NCBI GenBank assembly: GCA_951406725.2
Contig: OX597820.1
Span: 51,150,001-51,214,000, forward strand
Direction of reading: 5' to 3'
Length of the DNA: 64,000 nucleotides
Source: Octopus vulgaris
Lineage: Eukaryota
Numbering within the stretch: position 1 is the first letter of the stretch; each line of letters opens with the position of its first letter. The position numbers and the translations under genes are program-made. The notes under the pieces were generated by a model. That model was not told the origin of the DNA and ran no database searches. It worked only from the letters and a program-made list of their open reading frames with translations. Positions 27,879 through 41,152 of the stretch are shown in pieces.

Positions 27879-29210
27879 AGAGTTTCTGCCACTTGTCTAT
27901 TTGTCAATTAGCGATGCAATTCTTATACATCACATCTCTTTGGTTTCTGTAGTTTTTTTTTAATAGCTTAATAATCATAGGGCCTATCCTTGATCAACAG
28001 CGATGAAATATGGATTATCTCTTGTTACACAATAAATATTGTCGATCACTCTCTGGATAATAGAATGTTCTGTGACAACAGTTTAATAATATGTTATATA
28101 CTAATGACAATATGTCTACTGATATGCCAAGCAATGACTGTTTGCATTAAAATGTCTGGTTATATGGAAGAACTAAGTCGCCAGGAAATGCAGTCATGCT
28201 GGTTTAATAAAAACTAGAACACCATAGAAAATCCAAAGTCATTCTCAACCAAAGTCAGAATGTTAAATAAAATTTCATTCTGAACTTCCTAACGAAAAGG
28301 ATTATATGAAAAATAATGTCGTCCTCTTTTGACGTCGGAGATGTGGTCCAGAACTACGTGAAATCTTATAGTATTAATCTAAGTTAAATGCAACTTCACA
28401 GAAACATACCTTTGATTCGTGGAATATATTCGAACGAATAAACTGCGTGATACCTGAATATTCGTTGAGGAATATCGAGGAGGCGTAAACAAAAATATAA
28501 CATATACCTTAGAAGTGTAGAATATATATTATCAAAGTTTTAGGAAACAGCGGAACAAATTTCTAAACTTCTTAGAACACAAGACATACATAAATATGGT
28601 TTTTCTTCTCTGTAAGATGAATTTAAGTAGCCAAAACATTCGACAGAAATTGTTTAGCTTTCTGTGTCTTATGAAGAGAGTGATTTAATAACGTTTTCTA
28701 GTTCAAATTTTGTTCTATATTATTTGCATAAACAAAAAAACAATGAAATTATGACTAGAGATGATATTTGTTGAAGTTTGAAAATTGAAGTAATCAAAAT
28801 TTATTGCAAATATAAATGATTAAAAACGTCGTATCTATAATGTAATAGTTACTAACGCCAAAATTGTAATATTATTAAAATCAGGTTCTGTCAATCAGTG
28901 GAATGATACCAGACTTTTTAAAAATTAGTTATGGTGGGTAGACAGAAAATATTATTCTTACGCTTATGCTCATGTAAACCAATATATAAGAGAGAAAAAT
29001 TTGTGAATCTTCAGCTCATTTGCTTTTATATCCTAATATTTATAACTCTTAATTCCATTTGCATTTTCTATCGCTTTCTCCGCGTTTGAAGCCACATATC
29101 TTGTATGACTAGTAATTAAAATATACATATATGTATGTCTCTCTTCTCTTCCACTTTCTCTGTGCATTTATGTATTTATCTATCTTTTTGCCTTTGTGTA
29201 TCAAACTCGC

Positions 29211-29270
<60 letters not shown>

Positions 29271-32004
29271 TGTGTTGATGCAAACAGGAAAAATACTACT
29301 TAAAATGTGCGTATATGTATATTTTTATTAATATTTAGCAGAACAGAGTGACTCAAGATCCGAATGTTTCGTGCTTTGGTACGTACCAAATTGATTACAT
29401 GTCGAACCTATGTAAACTCACGGATCTTCGACCTTTAACTAGCTTGGTATGTGCCAACACACGAAAGTCTCGGACCTTGAGTCACTATGTTACTTCTGCT
29501 AAATATGAATATATATATATATATATATACAGAAAGAGAGAGAGAGAGAGAGAGAGAGAAGGAAAGAGATCGATTGATAGATAGATAGACAGGCAGACAG
29601 ATACACACTCACACTTCCTGCATTCCTCAAATTATTTTTTGTATAATTGCATCCATCTTCTATTTATGAAACATGCTCTGTATATCACCATGCATTTTCT
29701 TTCCACATTTAGTGTTCGTATGATTTTTTTTCTGTCTCCATTACTCTACGTATTACTTGTTCTCTATCCTAATTTTCTCTCTTGTTCTCTTTACTTTCCT
29801 TCTTTCTTTTCCCCCCTCTCCCATACACATCGTATCTTATACTTATCTTTTTTTCTGTTTTTACCTTCCGATTATATGAACATTCCTACTTTTCTGTACT
29901 TTATTATTCATTCATCTAAACAAGATTTCCATGAAATATAAAGCAACAGCGAATAATATCTTAAACGAAAAAATAATAAATATTTAATAAAGCAATTCAA
30001 AAATGTCCACAAGTAGATTTATATGATATTTTACGATGCTCCTCTCAATAACTTATCATGGCGGAAATCTTTAACTGAACGGAAATTTTCCTCTGATTCT
30101 CATCAAATCCACAGACTACTTTTGTATAGTTAATATTGTTAATGCTACTCACTTTCGATTTTGCATTCGTTTCTTTTTTTCGCATGAGGTATTCCGCTTG
30201 AAATAAGTTCACTTGTGGAAAAGACTGAACATTTGCTAAACATCTACTGAGCAATTCAACAATAGAAAGAAAAATTAAAGAAACAAATTAACTACTATAT
30301 ATTCAGGAAAAAAAAATAAAATGTCTAACAAAACAAGCTGTCATTTTCTTATTAAGGTTACTAATTTTGTGCTGTAGTCATCGTAGAATAAAAACTTGAT
30401 AGCTTTCTACTTTATCGATTATTAAAATATAGAGCATTTAAAACATCGATGAATTTCATTTTATAAACTGCTGTAGCTTATTTAAGCGGAAGTACTTATC
30501 CGAGTATTTTACAGCGAATAGATGAAGGAATGATCAGAAAAGCATTCCATACCTCTATCGCACATGGGTATGATGCAATTCTATTATAGATTTTTCCTTT
30601 TGTTAATGGTATGAATTGCTTTACATAGAATCAAAGCTAAAATTTGACGAAAATTAACATACACAAACGATTGGAGTAAATCCAAATGATGTTATCTATT
30701 TTTTGTAAACAGGCGTCTTATAAACCAGAAGCGAGTTTAGCACTGCTTGCAAAGAAGAAAAGTAATTACTCAAGGACACTTTACTGTCACTCGTTCTCAT
30801 ATTTCCCCTTACCCGTTTCAGTTGACATTGTCTCTTAATAGAATCACAAGCGTACTGGATTGATGTAGAACTCCAAACAAAATGACTTATAATATTTAAT
30901 TAAGTCGTTTTGGTGTCAGTAAAACAAGTAGCAATAAAATGTATTATAACCTGCTATAAACAAGTTAATATATGACGTCTATTGTCTATGTTAGAAATTA
31001 ATGAGTAATGAGTGATGCAAATACGGTTTATTCCTACAGATACTTAGCTTAATCCAAGATCATACCGCTGAAATTTTCTCTCAACTCAAAAAGATATAGC
31101 AAATAAGGCATGAATATATAATATTTTTTCAGATTATCGCGTCAACAGCTGCGTACAATTACAAATCATTATACATAAAATATTGTTTTTTAACTGAAAA
31201 GGAAAATACCACTATGTGTCATATATTCTAGCACGTTGATGTTCTACCGTTCTTTTACGGTAGTTACATTCAGTTCGAACATAGTTTCTGTAAATCAATT
31301 ACATTTCAATACATTTGTATGTGTACAATATGATTCTTTTATCAGTTCTCTCTTTATGCACATTTCACTGAATTATATCAAATTTTAATTTTCTGTAATG
31401 TAGATCGATATTAAATATCTTCTTCTCTAGAGGAATTGCTTCTTTCATACTATTTGCAAACCTAAATACTTATTTAGAAGCATAATCGAAAGCGAATCTC
31501 TGTTACTTGTCTTTTGTGATTTTCAGGTGAAGACTGGTGCCACGAATCACAAGTTGCTTTTCTTCGGTACATATTATGGGGTATGCACGGACAGACAAGA
31601 AACTATTTTGATGTATATATGAATATACTTTTTCTGTATTAGTTAGGTTAATTTGAAGAGTACATTAACTTTTCCATGAATGGGAATAAAGTAAAATACT
31701 AAACTCACAACAGTATCAGAATGGTAATTAAAGCCTAATATTTAAAATATATGAATAAGGATCGATAACATAAGTTAATGTAAAAGTACTAGCAGACATC
31801 CACAAAATCAATGTCAAGTACAATATATTAATAATGCTTGTATCTAATAGTATATCGGTATTTTCACTAGCTTACAATACCACATAATTGTTACATACTG
31901 AACAAATCTCAAGGAAGTAAACTCTAGATATTCATAACTTCACTTATATATGAACTGTTATGTAGTAACATAAAAACAAGCGGGTCTAAACAAGTACGCG
32001 GATG

Positions 32005-32052
<48 letters not shown>

Positions 32053-32060
<8 letters not shown>

Positions 32061-33232
32061 AAAAATATGGTAAAGTAACAAAATTCACTTTACCACACAC
32101 TGAACTTTTCAGAAATAGCAGCCAAAAATTTGGCTATTTCCTCAACTGCAAATAAAAGTCTCCAGACAATGCATACTCAGAAAATAACTCACATAGGTAT
32201 AAGGGAAAAACAATGAAAGATCACATCCATATAAGATACCCGAGGACAGCCTGTTTCTGGATTCGTGGGTTAAACGCCACTTTTCCTTCATCAGCTCAGA
32301 GATTTCTTCTGATTTAGATTTGAAAATACTAAGAATCAAACATACCCGTCCGATATCTGTAACATTCTCTCCAAGAATTTGAACTGCAGCTTTTGCCTCT
32401 GTAAGAATGTACTACTCTATGACTCACGTGGGTGGACAGGGAGAATAATAGATCTCATTTGTATTTTTGGATTCGCTGGTACTGGGTGTCTGACATGGTT
32501 TGTCCGATGTTACAGATATCGGACGGGTATGTTTGATTCTTAGTATTTTCAAATCTAAATCAGAAGAAATCTCTGAGCTGGTGAAGGAAAAGTGGCGTTT
32601 AACCCACGAATCCAGAAACAGGCTGTCCTCGGGTATCTTATATGGATGTGATCTTTCATTGTTTTTCCCTTATACCTATGTGAGTTATTTTCTGAGTATG
32701 CATTGTCTGGAGACTTTTATTTGCAGTTGAGGAAATAGCCACATTTTTGGCTGCTATTTCTGAAAAGTTCGGTGTGTGGTAAAGTGATTTTTTTTTACTT
32801 TACCATATTTTTATAAATTAATACTTCAAATATACCGTAAACGGTCTTTTTACATACCGAATACTGCTTGGTCGAATTGATTAACAATTAATTAATTCTA
32901 CCCTTTTTTACTGACAATATAATGCTTTCTCTCCAAGAATTTGAACTGCAGCTTTTGCCTCTGTAGGAATGTACTACTCTATGACTCACGTGGGTGGACA
33001 GGGAGAATAATAGATCTCATTTGTATTTTTGGATTCGCTGGTACTGGGTGTCTGACATGGTTTGTCCGATGTTACAGATATCGGACGGGTATGTTTGATT
33101 CTTAGTATTTTCAAATCTAAATCAGAAGAAATCTCTGAGCTGATGAAGGAAAAGTGGCTGTCCTCGGGTATCTTATATGGATGTGATCTTTCATTGTTTT
33201 TCCCTTATACCTATGTGAGTTATTTTCTGAGT

Positions 33233-33235
<3 letters not shown>
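32053..33235. mobile_element. Young non-autonomous PLE/retrozyme-like element (HHR family B): inverted arm plus tandem direct repeats
   Basis: 32053-32365 is the near-perfect reverse complement of 32507-32820. 32927-33235 is a direct copy of 32365-32700 with a short deletion. Every copy has all or part of an HHR motif. Bounded by (TA)n on both sides. Confidence 0.85.
32239..32300 (-). ncRNA. Type I hammerhead ribozyme candidate (family B, intact core)
   Basis: Minus-strand RNA: UCUGAG-CUGAUGA-A-GGA-AAA-GUGG-CGUUUAAC-CCAC-GAA-UCC-A-GAAAC-AGGCU-GUC^CUCGGG. Stems I, II and III can all form, with a GUC triplet. Confidence 0.65.
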
Positions 33236-33270
<35 letters not shown>

Positions 33271-33285
33271 ATGTATGAATATATA

Positions 33286-33341
<56 letters not shown>

Positions 33342-35119
33342 TATTTATTTATTTATGCATATGCGTGCGATTTTGCATATGAGCGTGTATACTCAACGAT
33401 ATTCCGCCGAGGTCGACTTTGCCTTTCATTCTTTCAAGAAGATAATTATAATTGCACGGTGTCATCCAACAGAGAATATAACGAGTTGCTTACGGAAGAC
33501 TGAGTTCAATGTGATTAAACCTACAGATACATGGATGGTTTACGAACATTTTATCCAGGTAATCTTATTTACTGCTTTTGTCTACATTTTATTTACCATC
33601 TGTTTTATAGATTTGTTGATATTTTGGCTCTCACTGAAGTGCGAAGAAGGAAATCTTTGAAACTATTTCACTTCCTTCTTAGAAATTAGAGGAAAATATT
33701 ATTCACTAATATATTGGATTCATCTAATCGTTAATTAACCATATCAAACTCAAGATTAATAGCCAACATATTTATCTTCCTCCATTAAATTACACTCCTT
33801 GATCTTATAAGCTTTTTGTTTTGCTTTTTGATATTTATGCTTAAATTACGGAATAACATTGAATTAATGATTATCAATGAGATTTGGGTTAGTTCTTTTT
33901 TTTTATGATTCATTAATCCACGGGATGTTCTCTTGATTCCCCATTTGTAATCATTAAAAATTGAATGAACGCAAAAAGGAACTTTGTGAAAATCACTCTA
34001 TTTCCTTAAAGCATTCCGCCAAACATTTTCAGAAATATCGAAACAATCTAGGAAGATTCGACTAATTGGATCTCAGAGCAGATTCATGTCCATAGAGATA
34101 AGTGCAGTTGCTTCTGATGCTGATACCTTAATGTATAGCCTTTCAATACACACTCATTGCATATATGAAGAGGTTATATATATTCTGTACATAGCAAGGA
34201 TATGCATCATACATATCAAACGACAATGCATACAATATTTGTATATAAGCGTGAGTAAGGATTCATGTGTGTGATTGTGTATGTGCTTAAGGATTTCTGG
34301 ATGTAAAGAGAGTATTAACGAAAGGCACTAATGTGAAAATAGCTCATTCATGAGTTACAGAATGGGCATGATATCAGCCATGTCACATTGTAAACTTACG
34401 TGATTTTGTGCTGTGCTTCAAGGCCGATATCAACATCACATTTTGCTTATGGAATAAATATGTATATGTGTGCGTATATGCGTGTGTTTTGTGTGTTGGT
34501 ATGTGCATGTGTGTGAACGTGTATGTGTATGCACATATAAATGTGTACATATGTGTATGTACGTATATACGTGTATTTTTAGATGTATATATTCGAGTGT
34601 ATATGCGTGTATAATTCAATGGGATTTCAAACACTTCTGCGCGCGCATGTGTGTGCGTAGGTGCGTGTGTGTTTGTGGCAATGTGCTTACTGACTATAGT
34701 AAAACATTTACAAGGATGCAGAATGCATGGCATCAGTACAAGCTTTGACTATCTACGGTACATTTGTGGTATAACTCTTCATCACCGTTCAGTTTCTTTC
34801 TCTATTTCCTTTTCGTTTTTATTATAGAACGTCTACTATGGTCCCGCTGAACCCAGAAATACTTAAATAACGATGTGCATTATGTAATAATTTCTGATCT
34901 CTGTTCTTAAGACCTTACTGACATCTTTTTAAATTCAAATGATTTACTTGAAAATTAACGTTCCCTGTTAAACATTTATCAAGCTGGTCAATTTAAATTT
35001 GTTTAAAATCATATGATAAGGACAGATTATTTACTTGATGTCATCGAATCAATCTCAATAGTAATAAATGAAAATGCTGCTAAAACAACCGTTGTGAATG
35101 ATAAATTGAAAAAGAAAAA

Positions 35120-35241
35120 TATCCTTTATTATCCTTTATAATTGAAAAACTTCTATTCACTTTGGGACAGAACAGCCTCTTATGTTCTGTTACTACGACC
35201 GAATACATGTGCTGGCGTAAGCTGCAATATTAAGGACATCT
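35120..35241 (+). repeat. ~120 bp diverged dispersed repeat, copy 1
   Basis: Aligns with 36717-36845 (GGGACAGAACA...TATGTTCTG.TACTACGA.CGAATACA.GTGCTG..GTAAGCTGC). Confidence 0.8.
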
Positions 35242-35484
35242 TATTTCGTTGATCTACTGTGCTAGTGTTAAAAATAACTTTTCAAGATTGTCAATACATA
35301 TCTTGTACAAAAATAATAGCCGGCGCGGATTTGTTGCGACGTTTTGCATATAAATACACCTATTATAAACAATAACGTGATCGAAGAAAAATGGATATTG
35401 TTTGTACATACGATATTTCAGAAGCCCTTACTTCGTTCATTAACTCACACACGCACACACGCACGCATGCACGTACACATACTT

Positions 35485-35562
<78 letters not shown>

Positions 35563-35894
35563 ACACAGCATATAATTATGAGCTACTAGGCAGGTTGTAA
35601 CAAGGAACTTAGTGTATTCTAGCAATCTCCACACTGTGAGCACATACAAGGTCTATACACGTTATAAGTTAAGAAAACAGCGGGAAGGTGGATGCAAAAA
35701 TCAGAAGAGAGTAAGAAATGGAAAAAGAATGGAAAACGATAATTAGAGATATATCGCATTTGACCGTAGCACTATAAAATTAGTTGATGTAAAATGAATG
35801 GAATGGTCGAAAGTTTGCGATACAGCTATTCAGTCTGGGGAGGGTGTTGCCAAAAGGAACTTGTTCACGTATTTGCATTTGCTCAAAATTTCTG

Positions 35895-35972
35895 ATCTGG
35901 CGTTTGATCTAGTGGTGTTCCAGCATGACCCCGGCCGCATGGCTGAAACGAGTAAAAGAGTAAAAGAGTAAA
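35895..35972 (+). mobile_element. SINE S2 3'-end fragment
   Basis: GGTGTTCCAGCATGACC...TGGCTGAAACGAGTAAAAGAGTAAAAGAG matches the S2 tail. Confidence 0.6.
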
Positions 35973-36178
35973 TTCTTGATCTAAAATATATACGTAATTT
36001 TGCAGCTACGCATAACTTGAAGTTTTTACATACATTAACGTATGGTATATGAACTTTTCTTCGATTTTCCACATGATTCTACGGGGCATGGAGTTAGTCT
36101 TCAAAAGAGAGACAAGTAGACAGGCAGACAGAATGATACTAATGATATGGTGTTAGAACTCAATATATATATATGTGT

Positions 36179-36221
<43 letters not shown>

Positions 36222-36716
36222 TTTGTGTGTGTGTGCGTGTAATTATAATTAAATTCTTACAAAAAATATTATGAAGCATATTTGCTGATGATAGACGGTA
36301 ATTCGCCTCAACACTTTAGAAATCACAAAACTGCACGCGCCGAGATTGTAATCTATTGTAAATCAATAACAGAATAGTTAACTCCGAATTAGCTACTTCC
36401 TGGTTCTGCTCCATCCTAGCAGATTTAACGTTCATCTTCAGTATATAGACTTCAAAATTTTTTTATATATCCTTGATTATAATTACTTATATTTTAGAAA
36501 TATTGAATTTCTAAATGTCTCAAAGAGACATGAGCGGTGGTGGAGCGACCGAGTGGTTGTATACCGTCAACATAACGTGACAGTCCCGTAAAGGGAATTA
36601 CACACCGCTATTTAGCCCTAGGAAGCATCGACGCTTCCTGTCGGCATGATTTCAAATTAATCGGTCTATTTTTATATTCAGCCCACTGAAAATTTTTTAA
36701 ATAGATTGAAGAAAAA

Positions 36717-36845
36717 ATATTATCCTTTATTATTATAGTCGAAACACTTTTATTCATTTCGGGACAGAACATCTGCCTATGTTCTGCTACTACGATCGAA
36801 TACACGTGCTGAGGTAAGCTGCGAAATATATTCTTAGGGATATCT
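36717..36845 (+). repeat. ~120 bp diverged dispersed repeat, copy 2
   Basis: Aligns with 35120-35241. Confidence 0.8.
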
Positions 36846-37207
36846 GAGGCATACATGTGTTGTTATGCCTCTGCCTTTGCTTTCCTGCAGATGTGTATAA
36901 ATATATAATTTATTTCCTATATGTATCCTCTGCTTATGAGGTAAAACTATGAAGCAGAACTAGAAATTAGCTAATCCAGGGCTATCTATGTTGCTATTAA
37001 TTTCCGCTTGCTTGTTCCCACGCATTTGACGCACGTACTTTTGTGATTATTGGAGTGATAAGACTATTTAGCGTCTATCTTCAGCATATAAGCTTGAAAG
37101 ATATTTTTTGTATGCTGTTAATCATAATTATATACATGATTTCACCTTAATCCGTCTAATTTTCTATGCTGGTCACTGATAATTTTTTTCTGTTCGAAAG
37201 TTATCTT

Positions 37208-37700
37208 GTATATATATATATATAACAGAAAATGCACGTCTATATGTTTGTCTGTTTGTCCGTCTGTATCGTTATGCATTTCCAATTTTTTAGACCGATT
37301 TCGTACCGAGCATAACCAAACACCGAATAACTGCGCATAACTCTCTGTTTTTCGAGAGATTACTTCAAAATTTGACACGAACGTTACTTCCAATGTTTCC
37401 AACTGATTCACTCCAAAATGGACACATACATTACTTATGTTTCAATAATTGTTTTCGACTTATGTTTTTGTCACGACCATCTGCGTTGAATGGGAAAAGT
37501 CTGCGAATAACTGCGTAAAAGTCATTTTTTTGCCAATAACTTTCGCAGTTCCAGAACCGATTCCCTCCGAATTTGGTAAAAATATTACACATTCTTGTTT
37601 GGTAGTTCTAAACTAATATTAGGTCAAGATTATTCGCATTTGCTACTTACTGGACTAAACTTGGTTCTTTGGTTACAATTTCTGCCGTTTACTCACGCGC
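37208..37700 (+). mobile_element. Helitron-like non-autonomous element, 5' part
   Basis: (TA)n followed by TGTTTGTCTGTTTGTCCGTCTGT and repeated ACCGATT...AAATTTG motifs, like the reverse complement of the end of 44245-44750. Confidence 0.4.
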
Positions 37701-39190
37701 CAACGATTGTGAGGCAGTTTTACGTCGCTGATTTGATCTGTGTACATTAGTACCCCCTATTATTTGCCTAAGATCATGATGTCCCCACCTACATTTCAGC
37801 CCCAATTTTCTTTAATTACCCTCCGCTCATGGTGTGATAACACGGGGTGAACTGTGAGTATAACCTTTGACATGTGGACGTGAACCCTATTAATGCGTCC
37901 CCCACTTTTTTTTGATCTGTGTACATTAGTATTTTCTTAACCCCCACCATCGCCTACGGCCCTTACTTCAGCCTCTTATCTGGTGTTTATGATTGCTTTT
38001 ACCACGTCCTTAGTGTTCAATCTTCGCTGTGTATCACAGCATTTACAAGGGAGTTCTTCATCTTTACTGTTGTGCGAACACGTCTTTAAAGGTAATCTCT
38101 TACCTGAGAATAGACTAACTACACGGAAGTTTAATTCATTCTCCCTTCTAAGTTGGCTAAAAATCTTACATACTTCATAACCCAATTTTCCAATCTCGCA
38201 AGCAATGACACGACGATGAAGTGTTATAAGAAGAGATCTGTCAATAGCAGCAGGACAATATGCAAATCGAGTAGCTTTTATGTGGGAATACAGAGCATAA
38301 CAAAGTGCTGATTATAGCAGAAACGAGGACAGCATTCACAGGCAATAATTCTGCGACACTCACATATAACCAAAATGAAACTCGTAGAAGAAACAACAAG
38401 GAAAAGAGATTTACAGTATACAATTGGATAATATTGCTGAAAAGGAACAAGAGAAAGGAGGGAAAGTAGGAAAAAGGTTAAACAGAGAAATGTAATAAAT
38501 TACAGAAAGAAGTTTCAGGAATTCCGTGCACACATGCACATTGCGTGTTCATACTTTTTCGGTTTCAAAACTGTTTACAGATCACAACCGTCTCATGAAT
38601 CTGCGTTCGTGCGGAGCGCCTAACACTCCCATGGTTATGCAAAAATAGATAAGGAAACTGACGAGAAAAGGGAAAGGAGATTAGAAAGTTTCAGAAAGAG
38701 GTCTGAAGATAGCCATGCATACAAAACGAGACGGAACAGAAAAAAGTTAGACTGAGAGAATAAGTTCCTTTGCTAGAATTTGTATGGAATGCGGCAAACA
38801 TGAAAATGCGCAGCATTTGTGGAAACTAAATCTGTAATCACTAAAAAAACCTTTACATGGTGTTTCTTACATGTTTGTAAGCTCAGGTATCCATGAGTAG
38901 ATATGCATATATTTTGGTAGTTTCCAATACATGTACACGTACTACAATGTCAAATATTCGTCTAATATTTATTGTAGAAAATAACATGATATTGCATAAT
39001 GAATGGATAACTGACAACTATAAGCCTGCATATAAAACATCATCATACCTGTAGCGTATTTGGGGAATAATAAATATAATTTTCTTATGTACATGTTATT
39101 TTGTCGTTTTTTTTACATCATCACACACTCATAATTCTGTCTATATATCTCAATGTTTCACAGCTTCCTTTACAGACTCGAAGCCCTTTA

Positions 39191-39240
<50 letters not shown>

Positions 39241-39699
39241 CACACACACACGGACACATGGACACACAGACATGCTTATATGTCTTCATATATAAGTATA
39301 TTTTCATATACACATAACATCTATAAAGACATCCACACATCCACACACACACACACGCATAATCACACACATATGCACATTTATATGCATACGTATATAC
39401 GTGATCTATTAACTATTCAGTTTCATTGGGATCTCTCGTTTTTCCATAATTAGCAGCCTGACATGACCGAACGTTTGCGTTAGACTCTTAAAAAAACATG
39501 AAAATACTAGATATCATAGTTGAGAATACATTAGAACACAATGCTGGTTGATCATGTATTGAATAGTGGTTCACTGATTACATTTGGACACTCAATGACC
39601 CTCAAGCAAACATGCAATCAAACATATCTGATGAATTTCTGTAATCGATAATACTGTACGAAACGGACTTTCAAATCTCGGTATATAGTAGTCAGACAT

Positions 39700-41152
39700 A
39701 TAATATCAAAGAACATCGATTACCAAATCTTCATATAAACACATTACGTTTAATACGATATATCAATAGGGTTACAAAAAACAGGAACAAGTCTCTATTA
39801 TCTCGGTTATCGGCGTCGCATATGATTACAGTATACCTTTAAATTTTCTAGTATTTGCAAGGGGTAAATATACCTTGTAAACATAGCAGAAAATTCCTGC
39901 GGTACAACACCAAATACCCATAAATCACGTATATTGAAATCAACAAATATATTATCGAACAGGATATTCATATGGCGAAGATCGGTGAAAAGAATACCAC
40001 TTTCATCAATAATAAAAAAAAAGACGCAAGTAAATTAGTATCACACACAAACACACACCAGTCCACATAAGTATATCGGAAAATCACAAATTTGCTATTA
40101 GTAACCGATGCACTCCCCGCTGCAGATCACGTTTTCAACAAGTAGACACTAATGCTATATTTCTCAAGAATATTTTGTAGATGATATATAAGTATTCTAC
40201 AAGTACATCGCCTGCAGGAACCAAGGCAAATGTGAATAACAGAAAAAGGAACAGTAACGATGATTACTACTACCGTTACGAGTATACAGAATAAGTTACC
40301 ATTTTAAATGCCAAACAAGAAAGGACATATTTTTACTTCAATTCTCGTTATCAGCGCAATATAACATAAATTACTCTATACCTCATTAATAACTAACATA
40401 AATCGTTCACAAGCGAACCATCTGACAACAAACCTAAGAATTATAAATGGACGATTCTTCCAGAACTTATAAATCAGTGAAAAACGTGTCTCAGGCATCC
40501 GTTTTCACACCTATTCACTCTCACTTCTACGACGTTTCACAGTATAACTTTGCAGAGTAAACATATGAAGCTTTCACAATTCTCTTCTATTTCTACGATT
40601 TACTAGGCACAGTGAATGCACCCATTCCCTCACCTTGGATCGTTCACCTAGGACATTTGGTTCAAGAAACTGAAAATAACACCAACCGAAATAGTTACAC
40701 TACTTTCATTATAAACTCTTATAAAATCATAATCACGCATCATGAAATCATAATCTCTCAATATAAATGGTCCGCAATCATAAAATAAAAATTGCCTCAA
40801 GTGAATATGTAAATTCATTTAAAATTTCTCACTGCATTTATAAAACATGTCGTTAACAAAGCAAAAGAGAGCAAAGAAGCAAGTTCGAAGTACTGAGAAA
40901 TGTTATGATTGGATAATGGAAAACAGACAGCAGTGTACAAAACTACAAGATATTTAATGAAACATTTGCTAGTCAGGTCAGAGTAAACAATATATATTCT
41001 AAAAATTATACCTTAATCTTCTAAAAAGTATAGTAACTGGTGCAGTTTTTAAAATGAGAATATGAAGACTAATCACACCGGATGAGGATACTGTATGAAC
41101 CCTAATAATGAAATGGAATGATTTCATCAAGATCCGAAAGACCAAGTTTGTT
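39700..41152 (+). mobile_element. Decayed Penelope-like element with a degenerate 3' HHR
   Basis: Traces of VDDI and LPF RT motifs and a GK.T..R..NEH-like GIY-YIG stretch, then CGGATGA-GGAT...ATCC-GAAA at 41079-41139. Confidence 0.35.

Noticed and set aside
31527-31581. Possible small exon after TTTTCAG (similar acceptors at about 24581 and 62441)
   Set aside because: No recognisable coding content or linked exons, and such acceptors are common in AT-rich DNA.
32142-33382. Three near-identical short ORFs (LSIFKSKSEEISEL...) as a small gene family
   Set aside because: They arise from the inverted/tandem repeat, use non-ATG starts and have no domain motif.
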